Shown here: positions 29,701 through 37,770 of the stretch, one piece after another | How the letters are laid out: each line of letters starts with the position of its first letter | How positions within the stretch are numbered: position 1 is the first letter of the stretch | DNA from: a virus | Taxonomy: Duplodnaviria; Caudoviricetes | DNA: 42,185 nt | Virus record (IMG/VR): IMGVR_UViG_3300012667_000090 | Span: 1-42,185 of that record | Strand: one strand, 5' to 3' | Translations under genes and position numbers: made by a program | Notes under the pieces: model-generated | Told to the model about the DNA's origin: nothing | The model's input: the letters and a program-made list of their open reading frames with translations, nothing else | Database searches by the model: none

Positions 29701-30012
29701 ATCCTAAGTGCCATTCCAGTAGACGAGGCTAAAGGTTCTGACAATGGAATTGTTAAGTTCCTCAGCTACAAGCAGCTGCCATACACTGATGACGAGCTCT
29801 ACGTGGTCTCTTTTAAGCCCCGTGTAACTAAGGCTGGTAAGAAGATGGCATACCTAGTTCTAGCAGACACAGCACGTGACCTGCACTCTGTGACGGTATT
29901 CCCAACACAGTTCCCCAAGGCCTACATGAAGATTAAAGAGGGCAAGGCCTATAAGTTTGATTTGGGTAAAACCAAGGATGGCACGATTATTATGAATGAC
30001 GTTACAGAATAA
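26737..30012 (+). CDS. dnaE: DNA polymerase III alpha subunit
   Basis: PHP HVHTHYS..DG, TDHG; GRGSAAGS; PDIDTD; HAAGVV; K.D.LGL; YSFNKSHA. Confidence 0.97.
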   Translation: MSYVGLHVHTHYSLFDGIATPQEYVERAKELGMPAIAITDHGSLSGHREMYRTAKEAGIKPILGVEGYMAQDRFDHRDASEREHVLDMVYNHIVILAKNQKGLENLNKLNEIAWTEGFFKKPRIDFEVLEQYSEGLIVTSACPSGIVAKSIETGELAVAKEKIEWFHRVFGDDYYIEVMPHNAPEINKVLLELADEYGIKAVATPDCHHSDPSQKEIQELKLILNTYSNKIEKDATYEKSLEFDNLMDRLDYLYGADRQMSFNKFDIHLLSYEEIKEAMAKQGIEREDIYANSLEIANKVQDYDIKDHMDLLPVQYPKPNEELMSLALEGLKARGLEGKQEYLDRLNEEMQVISDKNFGPYFLVVRNMISWAKKEGIRVGPGRGSAAGSLLCYALGITDIDPIVHGLLFFRFINPERNDFPDIDTDIQDSRRDEVKDYLVRQYRHVASITTFLTFKDKGMIKDIARALHIPLPEVNKVSKVIDTWDEYCTSNATLEFRQKYPEVEEFGEQLRGRIKGTGIHAAGVVTAREPIFKHAPMETRTDPKTKQRIPVVAVDMGEAERIGLIKLDALGLKTLSVLDDTLSIIKERHGQTIELLDINMDERPVYEMLSAGHTKGVFQCEATPYTNLLVKMGVKNLDELSASNALVRPGAMNTIGKDYIARKHGKQSISFSHVKMKAFTSDTYGCILYQEQVMQACTELGGMTMAEADKVRKIIGKKKDAKEFDQFQDQFVKGASQYLGEEGARDLWHDFEAHAGYSFNKSHAVAYSTLSYWTAWLKYYYPIEFMFALLKNEKDKDARTEYLIEAKRMGIPIRLPHVNESDNDFKIEGKGIRFGLSGIKYVSDNIAGKYLAARPFKSYKELEEFTFAKGSGVNSRALSSMRLIGATTFDDCPRNDEEIRENLYEYLNLPEFNISVPAHFHAFISETVDFEEKGAFIVMGMVKNIKRGKGWSRVEILDKTGVVGIFDDEQTTIEPGKTYIVLASDNRILSAIPVDEAKGSDNGIVKFLSYKQLPYTDDELYVVSFKPRVTKAGKKMAYLVLADTARDLHSVTVFPTQFPKAYMKIKEGKAYKFDLGKTKDGTIIMNDVTE

Positions 30013-30021
30013 GGAGAAACA

Positions 30022-30339
30022 ATGTTTGACGATCTATCAATTGAGTTACACAAGACAGCAGTAGAAAAAGGTTTTTGGCCAGAGGATGTCGATGATATCT
30101 TTGTGACCAAACAGCTTATGATGATTGTATCTGAGGCCGTAGAGGTCATGGAGGCAATTCGTAAGGACAAGGGTGAAGAAGAGATTGCAGATGAAATGGC
30201 AGATATCCTTATTCGCACATTCGACTTGTACGCTGGTTTAGTCGAACACGGGTATACTAGGGTATCCCTCGATTACGCTTTCGAGCAGAAAACCAACATC
30301 AATAAGTCACGACCAGAGAAGCACGGAGTACGATTCTAA
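30022..30339 (+). CDS. MazG-like all-alpha NTP pyrophosphohydrolase
   Basis: 'SEAVEVMEA...DEMADILI...K..IN..R'. Confidence 0.85.
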   Translation: MFDDLSIELHKTAVEKGFWPEDVDDIFVTKQLMMIVSEAVEVMEAIRKDKGEEEIADEMADILIRTFDLYAGLVEHGYTRVSLDYAFEQKTNINKSRPEKHGVRF

Positions 30340-30560
30340 TGATTACAGTATACACAAAGCCATCATGCGTTCAGTGTGAGCAGACAAAGAAGCTTTTGAC
30401 CAAGAATGGTCTTGAGTTTGACACTGTTGATATTACACAAGATGAAGAAGCATATAACAAGATCGTTGGTATGGGATTCCTGGCAGCACCAGTTGTCATT
30501 ACAGACAGCGATAGCTGGGCAGGTTTTCAGCCAGATAAGATTAATGGGTTGGTGAACTAA
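30339..30560 (+). CDS. nrdH: NrdH-like glutaredoxin
   Basis: YTKPSCVQC, APVV, WAGFQPD. Confidence 0.93.
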   Translation: MITVYTKPSCVQCEQTKKLLTKNGLEFDTVDITQDEEAYNKIVGMGFLAAPVVITDSDSWAGFQPDKINGLVN

Positions 30561-31579
30561 TGACAATGACCGTAGATGATGTACTGGCAGCTTTGAATCC
30601 AAAGCTACGCAAGAACCTATTCGTTGGTGATGACATGCCAGAGACAATCCTACAGCCTACACCTAGCTATGGGCTCAATAAAGCCCTTGGTGGTGGACTT
30701 CCTTATGGTCGCCAGGTTCTAATCTGGGGCAGTAAGTCCTCAGCTAAGTCTTCCATGTGCCTCCAAATGATTGGACTGGCACAGAAGGAAGGTAAGATCT
30801 GTGCATGGATTGATGCAGAGATGTCATTCGATAAGTCGTGGGCAGAGAGACTGGGGGTAGATACATCAAAGCTTATCTACTCTCAGTGCCGTACCATTAA
30901 TGAAATGGTAGACCTAGGAACTAACCTAATGCATGCTGGTGTAGACCTAATTGTAGTAGATAGTATTACATCACTACTTCCTGCTATTTACTTTGAGAAG
31001 GATTCGGATGAACTCAAGCAGCTTGAGAACACCAAGCAGATTGGTGCAGAATCACGAGACTTCTCTAATGCATGGAAGATGATTAACTATGCTAACAATA
31101 AGCCAAAGCCTACCTTGTTTGTACTGATTAGTCAGAGCCGTAACAATATCTCTGCTATGTACACCTCACAGCAGCCTACAGGTGGTCAGGCTACTAAGTT
31201 CTATTCATCCACAGTGATTAAGCTGTTCTCGTCTGAGTCTGATAACCAGGCTATCAAGGGAAAGATCCCAGTAGGAGATAAGCTTATTGAAGATAAGATT
31301 GGTAGAAAGATTAACTGGGACCTACAGTTCTCTAAGACATCTGCAGGTTTCCAATCTGGTAGCTACGATTTCTACTTTAAGGGTGCTAATGTCGGTGTAG
31401 ACGGCGTAGGAGACCTTGTAGACACTGCTGAGCTCGCAGGTATTGTAAATCGTACTGGAGCATGGTATATTGTATCTGAAGATAAAAAGATTCAGGGTAG
31501 GGAAGCATTCATCGCCTATGTCAAGGAAAATGATGATTTCCGTAAGTCTATTGAGGATAAGCTAAATGGCACGCTATAA
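30560..31579 (+). CDS. recA: RecA/UvsX-like recombinase
   Basis: LGGGLPYGR, variant Walker A GSKSSAKS, IDAE, IVVDS, TGG.A.KFYSS, GAWY...QG. Confidence 0.92.
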   Translation: MTMTVDDVLAALNPKLRKNLFVGDDMPETILQPTPSYGLNKALGGGLPYGRQVLIWGSKSSAKSSMCLQMIGLAQKEGKICAWIDAEMSFDKSWAERLGVDTSKLIYSQCRTINEMVDLGTNLMHAGVDLIVVDSITSLLPAIYFEKDSDELKQLENTKQIGAESRDFSNAWKMINYANNKPKPTLFVLISQSRNNISAMYTSQQPTGGQATKFYSSTVIKLFSSESDNQAIKGKIPVGDKLIEDKIGRKINWDLQFSKTSAGFQSGSYDFYFKGANVGVDGVGDLVDTAELAGIVNRTGAWYIVSEDKKIQGREAFIAYVKENDDFRKSIEDKLNGTL

Positions 31580-31736
31580 CGTTTATCCAGGTACCTATGT
31601 ATGCCACACATGTCGTGCAGAGGTGCCAACAATAAGATCTTACCCAGACGAGAAGCGTTTAACTTGGATGTGCAAAGACAAGCATCTAAGCGAGGTAGAC
31701 TTGAACACTAAAAAGTCTAAGAGTGATTATGAGTGA
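31566..31736 (+). CDS. Small Zn-ribbon-like protein, 56 aa (missing from the ORF track)
   Basis: MARYNVYPGTYVCHTC...WMCKDKH...DYE*; fills the gap and overlaps both neighbours. Confidence 0.75.
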   Translation: MARYNVYPGTYVCHTCRAEVPTIRSYPDEKRLTWMCKDKHLSEVDLNTKKSKSDYE

Positions 31737-32016
31737 GAGGGGAGAGTCTAAAAGACTCGGTGCTAAGCAGCACAAGAACTCTGGTCGTAATACACAAAAG
31801 GGCGATGCAACATGGGAAAACTTCTGTGTTGACTTCAAAGAGGTTGGGAAATCTTTTACGCTAAACAAAGAGGTATGGGCTAAGGCTTGTACTGATGCAA
31901 TTAAAAACAATGCAGATCCAGCCATCGTCGTAGTAATTGGTGATGGTGCATACAAAACAAGACTAGCAGTGGTAGAACTATCAATGCTAGAACAATTAAT
32001 TGAGGATACAAAATAA
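31729..32016 (+). CDS. Hjc-like PD-(D/E)XK Holliday junction resolvase
   Basis: 'E......G....NSG....KGD......VDFK...W.K...DA......PA'. Confidence 0.7.
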   Translation: MSERGESKRLGAKQHKNSGRNTQKGDATWENFCVDFKEVGKSFTLNKEVWAKACTDAIKNNADPAIVVVIGDGAYKTRLAVVELSMLEQLIEDTK

Positions 32017-32750
32017 TGAAAATACTATTTCTAGACCTAGAAACAACACCTATGACAGCACATACCTGGGGCTTGTGGGACCAGAACATCTCACTAAAGC
32101 AAATCCTAGCCTCTACGGAGGTCATGTGCTTTGGTGCACGTTGGTATGGTCAGAAGAAGGTAATCTTTAAGTCGGTACATCACGATGGTAAGCAGGAAAT
32201 GCTTAATGAGATTCACCGACTCATGGATGAAGCAGATGCCGTAGTAGGCTGGAACTCTGCTGCATTTGATGTCAAGCACCTCAAGCGTGAGTTCCTAGAG
32301 GCAGGAATGCTTCCACACTCACCTACAAAAGACATTGACCTGATGTCAGTTGTAAAGTCACAGTTCAAGTTCCCATCTAATAAGCTTGACTATGTTGCAC
32401 AGCGTCTTGGCGTTGGAGCAAAGGTAGAGCACTCAGGCTTTGACCTATGGATCAAGTGTATGGCTGGTGACAAAAAGGCATGGGCTGAGATGAAGAAGTA
32501 TCAGATCCAGGATGTTAATCTACTTATTGATCTATACGAGAAGCTTCTTCCATGGATTAATTCTCACCCAACTGTGGGTATGTACGAGAACATCGATGAT
32601 GCATGTCCAAACTGTGGTTCACAGAATCTCTCTGCAAAGGGTGTCTACGTAGGCACTACAGGCTCATACGATAAGTTCCAGTGTGATGACTGTGGTAAGT
32701 GGGTCAAGTCAAGCAAGAGTATTCTTACTAGCAAAACTAGCGGTATCTAG
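32016..32750 (+). CDS. RNase H-like DEDD 3'-5' exonuclease with C-terminal Zn ribbon
   Basis: LDLET, WNSAAFD, Y.IQDV; CPNC...CDDC. Confidence 0.88.
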   Translation: MKILFLDLETTPMTAHTWGLWDQNISLKQILASTEVMCFGARWYGQKKVIFKSVHHDGKQEMLNEIHRLMDEADAVVGWNSAAFDVKHLKREFLEAGMLPHSPTKDIDLMSVVKSQFKFPSNKLDYVAQRLGVGAKVEHSGFDLWIKCMAGDKKAWAEMKKYQIQDVNLLIDLYEKLLPWINSHPTVGMYENIDDACPNCGSQNLSAKGVYVGTTGSYDKFQCDDCGKWVKSSKSILTSKTSGI

Positions 32751-32757
32751 GGGAAAG

Positions 32758-32766
32758 TGATATACT
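32758..32766 (+). promoter_or_regulatory. Extended -10 TGaTATACT, leaderless spacing to ATG32773
   Basis: 6-nt gap to ATG; no SD. Confidence 0.65.
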
Positions 32767-32772
32767 AAGGTG

Positions 32773-33087
32773 ATGGAAACACAAGTAGAAAACAAAACAA
32801 CTCTAGAAATGATTAATGGTCTGTCAGATATTGCAGACTTTATGGAAGACGAGGAGCTTACGGCTGCTCTAACAATGATTGCAAAACTGATTATTAAACC
32901 AGATATCCCATTAAACGTTGCGACAGTTGAAATTGTTAGGCTACAGGCAATTGCCGCTAAGATGTCATTTAAGGCAACTTGGTTGACTAACGTAGATAAG
33001 GGAGATCGGGCGAAGAAGAACATATACTATACTGCTGCTGAGGCTGTAAACAACCTCGTATCAGCACTAAAGTATATTACTCGCTAA
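32773..33087 (+). CDS. Hypothetical alpha-helical protein
   Basis: ATG32773 fits the promoter spacing; helical sequence. Confidence 0.7.
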   Translation: METQVENKTTLEMINGLSDIADFMEDEELTAALTMIAKLIIKPDIPLNVATVEIVRLQAIAAKMSFKATWLTNVDKGDRAKKNIYYTAAEAVNNLVSALKYITR

Positions 33088-33095
33088 TTATTATT

Positions 33096-33893
33096 ATGAA
33101 AAATTTACTACAGCAGGTAATGGAAAAGCCAGCAGAAGCAAAGCTGGCCGATGCATTCGATGTAAACGGTCTTATTGAAAAGATTCAGCATGGATACATT
33201 GCTAATCGTGGTCCAAAGCACCAGCAGAAGAAGAGCTTTGCTCCTTCTACTATTGCATATGGTCACGGCGAGTGTGCACGCTATTGGTACCTGGCCTTTG
33301 AAGGCGGTACATTTGAAGATAACGCAGATGCATTTGCAGGTGCTAACATGACCAATGGTACACTCTCTCACGAGCGTATCCAGAAGGCTATGGGAGATGC
33401 AGGTATCCTTATTGACTCAGAATTTAAGATTGTTAGTAACGATCCACCTATCTTTGGCTACGGTGACGTAATCCTAGACTGGCAGGGAGAACCTCTGCTT
33501 GGTGAAATTAAGACTATGATGAATGAAGGCTTCGAGTATCGGAAGAATAATCGTAAGCCAAAGACTGGACACCTGGTTCAGTTGCTTATCTATATGAAGA
33601 TTCTTCAGAAGAAGAAAGCAGTACTCATTTATGAAAACAAGAACAACCATGAACTATTGGTTATTCCTGTGGAAATCAATGACTACTATATTAAGTGGGT
33701 AAACAATGCGTTTGACTGGATGAGAACAGTACGCAAGGCCTGGGAGGATAAAGTTCTTCCAGAAAAGGTGTACAGATCCAACTCAAAAATTTGCAAGTCA
33801 TGCCCTCTATCAAAGGTATGTGCAGATGCTGGCAAGGGAGAGATTAGAATTAACTCTTTGGAGCCAATAGATGAAAAACTGTCAATGGTGTGA
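33096..33893 (+). CDS. Cas4-like PD-(D/E)XK exonuclease
   Basis: PS......ECAR, GT..HE, G..D, EIKT, QL..Y, C-terminal CKSC....VC (4Fe-4S-type Cys set). Confidence 0.88.
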   Translation: MKNLLQQVMEKPAEAKLADAFDVNGLIEKIQHGYIANRGPKHQQKKSFAPSTIAYGHGECARYWYLAFEGGTFEDNADAFAGANMTNGTLSHERIQKAMGDAGILIDSEFKIVSNDPPIFGYGDVILDWQGEPLLGEIKTMMNEGFEYRKNNRKPKTGHLVQLLIYMKILQKKKAVLIYENKNNHELLVIPVEINDYYIKWVNNAFDWMRTVRKAWEDKVLPEKVYRSNSKICKSCPLSKVCADAGKGEIRINSLEPIDEKLSMV

Positions 33894-34158
33894 CGCTAGC
33901 TTTAGCCCACGTGTGCCATATCAAATTTACTGTTCTGATGAATGCAGAGAATCTGCAACAAAAGAAAAGATAGCACAACGTTATGCGATCACCAAGCGTA
34001 ACAGGCTTATAGGCAAGACTAGAACGTGCAAGTCATGCTCTAAGCCCCTGTCGGCATATAACGACGAGCAGCTATGCTCTGGTTGTATTGTGAATCCAGG
34101 AGATGTTACAAAAGCTCTAAAAGAAATAAAGGGTATGGCAAATGGAAAAGACAAGTAA
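33871..34158 (+). CDS. Zn-finger protein
   Basis: CQWC...YCSDEC and CKSC...CSGC. Confidence 0.75.
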   Translation: MKNCQWCDASFSPRVPYQIYCSDECRESATKEKIAQRYAITKRNRLIGKTRTCKSCSKPLSAYNDEQLCSGCIVNPGDVTKALKEIKGMANGKDK

Positions 34159-34696
34159 GTTTGTTTCAATTGATGCAAACAGCACAAGCATTGCATTTGC
34201 TGTATGGTCCAATGATAACTTAACTAGTTATGGAAAGATATCTTGGGCTGGTAAGACAAATTATGAAAAGGTACAACAGGCCTCTCAGGTAGTTCGTGAC
34301 TTCTTTAATTACTACGGCGACATGGAAACGGTAGTTATTGAGCACACTGTTTTTATGAACAGTCCTAAGACCGCTGCTGATCTAGCACTGGTACAGGGAG
34401 CAATCCTGGGAGCCATGTCCATTTCGGGGGTAAAGACAATCAAGTCTACTAATCCTATTGCATGGCAAACATTCATTAAGAACGGTAGGCTTACAACGCC
34501 AGAGAAGCAGGTTATTCGTAATGAGAATCCTGGTAAGTCTGATGCCTGGTACAAGAACAAGGAACGTGAGTTTCGCAAACTAAGAACTATTAAGTTTGTT
34601 AATGATAGATATAAGAAGAGCGTATCCGATAACGATGTTGCTGATGCCATAGGAATTGGGCACTACGCAATATTTAATTGGGATAAGCTTGGTTGA
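34142..34696 (+). CDS. RuvC-like resolvase
   Basis: SIDANSTSIAFA, VVIEH, L....GA, P..W, DNDVADAIGI. Confidence 0.85.
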   Translation: MEKTSKFVSIDANSTSIAFAVWSNDNLTSYGKISWAGKTNYEKVQQASQVVRDFFNYYGDMETVVIEHTVFMNSPKTAADLALVQGAILGAMSISGVKTIKSTNPIAWQTFIKNGRLTTPEKQVIRNENPGKSDAWYKNKEREFRKLRTIKFVNDRYKKSVSDNDVADAIGIGHYAIFNWDKLG

Positions 34697-34721
34697 CAAG
34701 GAGTGCAATGGCTGCTAAACT
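34693..34721 (+). promoter_or_regulatory. Promoter TTGACA-17-(TGc)TAAACT straddling the ruvC-like stop and the HTH start
   Basis: Perfect -35 and 17-nt spacer; same -10 as the SSB promoter. Confidence 0.6.
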
Positions 34722-34863
34722 TTATACTAACGAAGCATGGCTACGCAAACGCTTTCACGTAGACCGCAAAACACCAGAGGCAATTGCTAAGGAGTGCGGA
34801 ACTAGCGTAGAAACCATATATGTTTATTTGGCAAAATTTGGATTAAGAAAGAGTAAGAGATGA
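34708..34863 (+). CDS. Small HTH protein, 51 aa (missing from the ORF track)
   Basis: AAGGAG SD; MAAKLYTNEAWLRKRFHVDRKTPEAIAKECGTSVETIYVYLAKFGLRKSKR*; ATGA-coupled downstream. Confidence 0.85.
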   Translation: MAAKLYTNEAWLRKRFHVDRKTPEAIAKECGTSVETIYVYLAKFGLRKSKR

Positions 34864-35147
34864 GTAATAGAAAACTTGAAGAGGCACTTATTGCCCAAGA
34901 GCAACAGGACATTCTCCGTGGCCTACACGAAAAGGGTAATGACATGGTCAATCACCCAAAGCACTACACATCTGATCCATCTGGTGTAGAGGCAATTGAG
35001 ATTACTCGTCACCGTAACTTTAATATTGGTAATGCAATTAAGTACCTATGGCGTGCTGGCCTCAAGGATGAACAGAAGACTATTGAAGACCTCAAGAAGG
35101 CAATCTTTTATATTAGTGATGAAATCAACCGTTTGGAGAACATGTAA
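34860..35147 (+). CDS. DUF3310 family protein (T7 gp1.7-like nucleotide kinase family)
   Basis: D.VNHPKHY...EAIE...F..GNAIKY.WRAG.K....EDL.KA.FY. Confidence 0.85.
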   Translation: MSNRKLEEALIAQEQQDILRGLHEKGNDMVNHPKHYTSDPSGVEAIEITRHRNFNIGNAIKYLWRAGLKDEQKTIEDLKKAIFYISDEINRLENM

Positions 35148-35467
35148 TGGCTAGGCCAAAGAAGTTTGTACTTCCTGAAATTGCACAGAAGTATTCACGT
35201 GAAGACTCTGTACTACTCCCAGACGGATTTACTATTGAGCGTGGAGACATGTTTAAGATTAAAGGTAAGAATAGCTACGGCATTGGTGAGTGGGGTGTTA
35301 CGTTTAAGTTTGACCATTTAGTTACTAACACTGAAAATGGTAAGACTTACGTAGAATGCTTTGAGATGTTCCGTGGCAAAGCTGGGGTAATGAGAGCATT
35401 CCCAATCGATCGCATTAAGCGTATCCCTAAGAAGAGGAGCAAGCGTGTCAGAAGCACAGCTAGTTGA
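35147..35467 (+). CDS. Hypothetical protein (small beta-barrel-like)
   Basis: TAATG coupling; basic C-terminus. Confidence 0.7.
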   Translation: MARPKKFVLPEIAQKYSREDSVLLPDGFTIERGDMFKIKGKNSYGIGEWGVTFKFDHLVTNTENGKTYVECFEMFRGKAGVMRAFPIDRIKRIPKKRSKRVRSTAS

Positions 35468-35975
35468 ACATCTAGACCAGATGAACCAGGTCGTTGCTAA
35501 GTATTTAGAGGGCAACGATCCAACAAAGATTTCTAAGGAGCTTTCTCTTCCACGACAGAAGGTTGTCGCCTATCTGGACGAGTGGAAGGTTATGGCTTCT
35601 AACAATGCTGCTATCCGTGAGCGTGCACGTGAGGCACTGGTTGCTGCAGATACTCACTATAACAAACTAATTGGTCAAGCATATGAGGTCATCGATGATG
35701 CAACAACTACTGCAAACCTAGGAGCAAAGACTACGGCAATTAAGCTCGTTCTTGACATCGAGTCACGCCGTATTGATATGCTGCAGAAGGCTGGTCTTCT
35801 TGAGAACAAGGAGCTTGCAGAAGAGATGATTGAGATTGAAAACCGTCAGCAGGTTCTTGTTGGCATTCTCAAGGATATTGCATCTGAGCACCCAGAAGTC
35901 CGTGACAAGATTATGCGTAGACTCTCAGCAGTATCAAAGGACCAGGAAGTAATTACGGTAGTCCACGATGTTTGA
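35445..35975 (+). CDS. Putative terminase small subunit (N-terminal HTH plus coiled coil)
   Basis: 'YLEG.DP..ISKEL.L....V..Y' HTH; overlaps the terL start. Confidence 0.65.
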   Translation: MSEAQLVEHLDQMNQVVAKYLEGNDPTKISKELSLPRQKVVAYLDEWKVMASNNAAIRERAREALVAADTHYNKLIGQAYEVIDDATTTANLGAKTTAIKLVLDIESRRIDMLQKAGLLENKELAEEMIEIENRQQVLVGILKDIASEHPEVRDKIMRRLSAVSKDQEVITVVHDV

Positions 35976-37755
35976 TGACTTTTTAGAGGCACTACAAGAT
36001 AGTCCTTTTGCAGAGATCCCAGTAGATGTAAAGACATTTGTAGAGGGTGTAGACTTCCTAGGGCAGCCAAACCTTTCTGAAATTCAGTATGATATCGTAC
36101 AGGCTATGAGTCAGATCTATAAGATAGAAGACCTACAGGCCATTATGGGTACTGCAGAGGGTACTGCATACTACAAGAAGTATACAAAGAATGAGCTAAT
36201 CCTACAGCTTGGCAAGGGTAGCGGTAAGGACTTCGTATCTACAGTAGCGTGTGCATATGTAGTGTATAAGCTTCTATGCCTTAAAGATCCAGCTAGATAC
36301 TACGGTAAGCCATCTGGCGATGCTATCGATATTATTAACGTGGCTATCAACGCACAGCAGGCCAAGAACGTGTTCTTTAAGGGTTTTAAGACCAAGATCG
36401 AAAAGTCGCCATGGTTTGCTGGTAAGTTCTACGCTAAGGCAGACTCTATTGAGTTTGACCATGCAATTACAGTTTACTCTGGTCACTCTGAACGAGAGTC
36501 ACACGAGGGTCTTAACCTTTTGATGGCAGTTCTTGACGAGATCTCTGGTTTTGCTACTGAGGTTGGAACTGGTAATGAGCAGGGTAAGACTGCTGATAAC
36601 ATCTACAAGGCCTTCCGTGCATCTGTAGACTCACGTTTCCCAGACCTAGGTAAGGTAGCACTCCTATCGTTCCCACGTTTCCCTGGAGACTTTATCTCCC
36701 AGCGGTATGACGATGTAATCCTAGACAAGGATGTCATTACAAAGACTCATAAGTTTATTATGAATCCAGATCTTCCAGAAGACATGGAAGGAAATAGTCT
36801 AGAGATTAGCTGGGATGAAGATACCATTGTCTCGTATAAGTATCCAGGAATGTTTGCTATTAAGCGTCCTACGTGGGTAGTCAATCCTACACGTAGCGTA
36901 GACGATTTTAAGCTCGCATTCTATACTGACCTAGGTGATGCTATGCAGCGTTTTGCATGTGTCCCTACGTATATGTCTGATGCGTTCTTTAAGCAGCGTG
37001 ACAAGGTGCAAGACTGTATGTCTATACGTAACCCACTGGATAGCAACAGACGCTTTGATGCAACATTCAAGCCAGACCCAACTAAGAAATACTTTGTGCA
37101 TGCCGACCTTGCACAGCTTCACGATAAGTGTGCGGTAGCAATTGCTCACGTAGAAAAGTGGGTAGACATTCAGGTCATCAAGGACTACAATCAGGTTGCA
37201 CCAATTGTAGTGGTAGATGCAGTAGCATGGTGGGAACCAAAGGTAGAAGGACCAGTTAACCTATCAGAAGTTAAGCAGTGGATTCAGAACCTACGTCGTC
37301 TAGGCTTTGACATTGGCATGGTTAGCTTTGACCGTTGGCAGTCTTTTGATATTCAGAATGAGCTCAAGCAGGTTGGCATGAGAACTGAAACTGTCTCGGT
37401 TGCCAAGAAGCACTACGAAGATATGGCAATGCTTGTTTATGAAGAGCGACTGGTTATGCCTGCCATTGACCTATTGTTTGAAGAGTTAACAGAGCTTAAG
37501 ATTGTTAAGCAAACTAGGGTAGACCACCCACGCAAGAAGTCTAAGGACCTTGCGGATGCTGTCTGTGGTGCTATCTTTGGTGCCATCTCTCACACACCTA
37601 AGGATAACTTTGGTGAGGTAGAAATCCATACGTTTAGAGATCGTCCAAAGACTGAAATGAACTATGGACTTGACGAGAATAATGTGATACGATTGAAACC
37701 CAAAGAGATTCCAGATGATGTCCGAGATTACCTCGACAGCTTTAAAATGATTTAA
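35968..37755 (+). CDS. terL: Terminase large subunit
   Basis: Walker A GKGSGKD, QA, Walker B AVLDE, LSFP, nuclease HADLA...D, FD.WQS, DHP...SKD.ADA. Confidence 0.92.
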   Translation: MFDDFLEALQDSPFAEIPVDVKTFVEGVDFLGQPNLSEIQYDIVQAMSQIYKIEDLQAIMGTAEGTAYYKKYTKNELILQLGKGSGKDFVSTVACAYVVYKLLCLKDPARYYGKPSGDAIDIINVAINAQQAKNVFFKGFKTKIEKSPWFAGKFYAKADSIEFDHAITVYSGHSERESHEGLNLLMAVLDEISGFATEVGTGNEQGKTADNIYKAFRASVDSRFPDLGKVALLSFPRFPGDFISQRYDDVILDKDVITKTHKFIMNPDLPEDMEGNSLEISWDEDTIVSYKYPGMFAIKRPTWVVNPTRSVDDFKLAFYTDLGDAMQRFACVPTYMSDAFFKQRDKVQDCMSIRNPLDSNRRFDATFKPDPTKKYFVHADLAQLHDKCAVAIAHVEKWVDIQVIKDYNQVAPIVVVDAVAWWEPKVEGPVNLSEVKQWIQNLRRLGFDIGMVSFDRWQSFDIQNELKQVGMRTETVSVAKKHYEDMAMLVYEERLVMPAIDLLFEELTELKIVKQTRVDHPRKKSKDLADAVCGAIFGAISHTPKDNFGEVEIHTFRDRPKTEMNYGLDENNVIRLKPKEIPDDVRDYLDSFKMI

Positions 37756-37770
37756 GAACGGGTGGTATGA

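Noticed and set aside
33096-33893. CRISPR-Cas system
   Set aside because: This is a solo Cas4-like nuclease typical of phages; no repeat-spacer array or other cas genes are visible.
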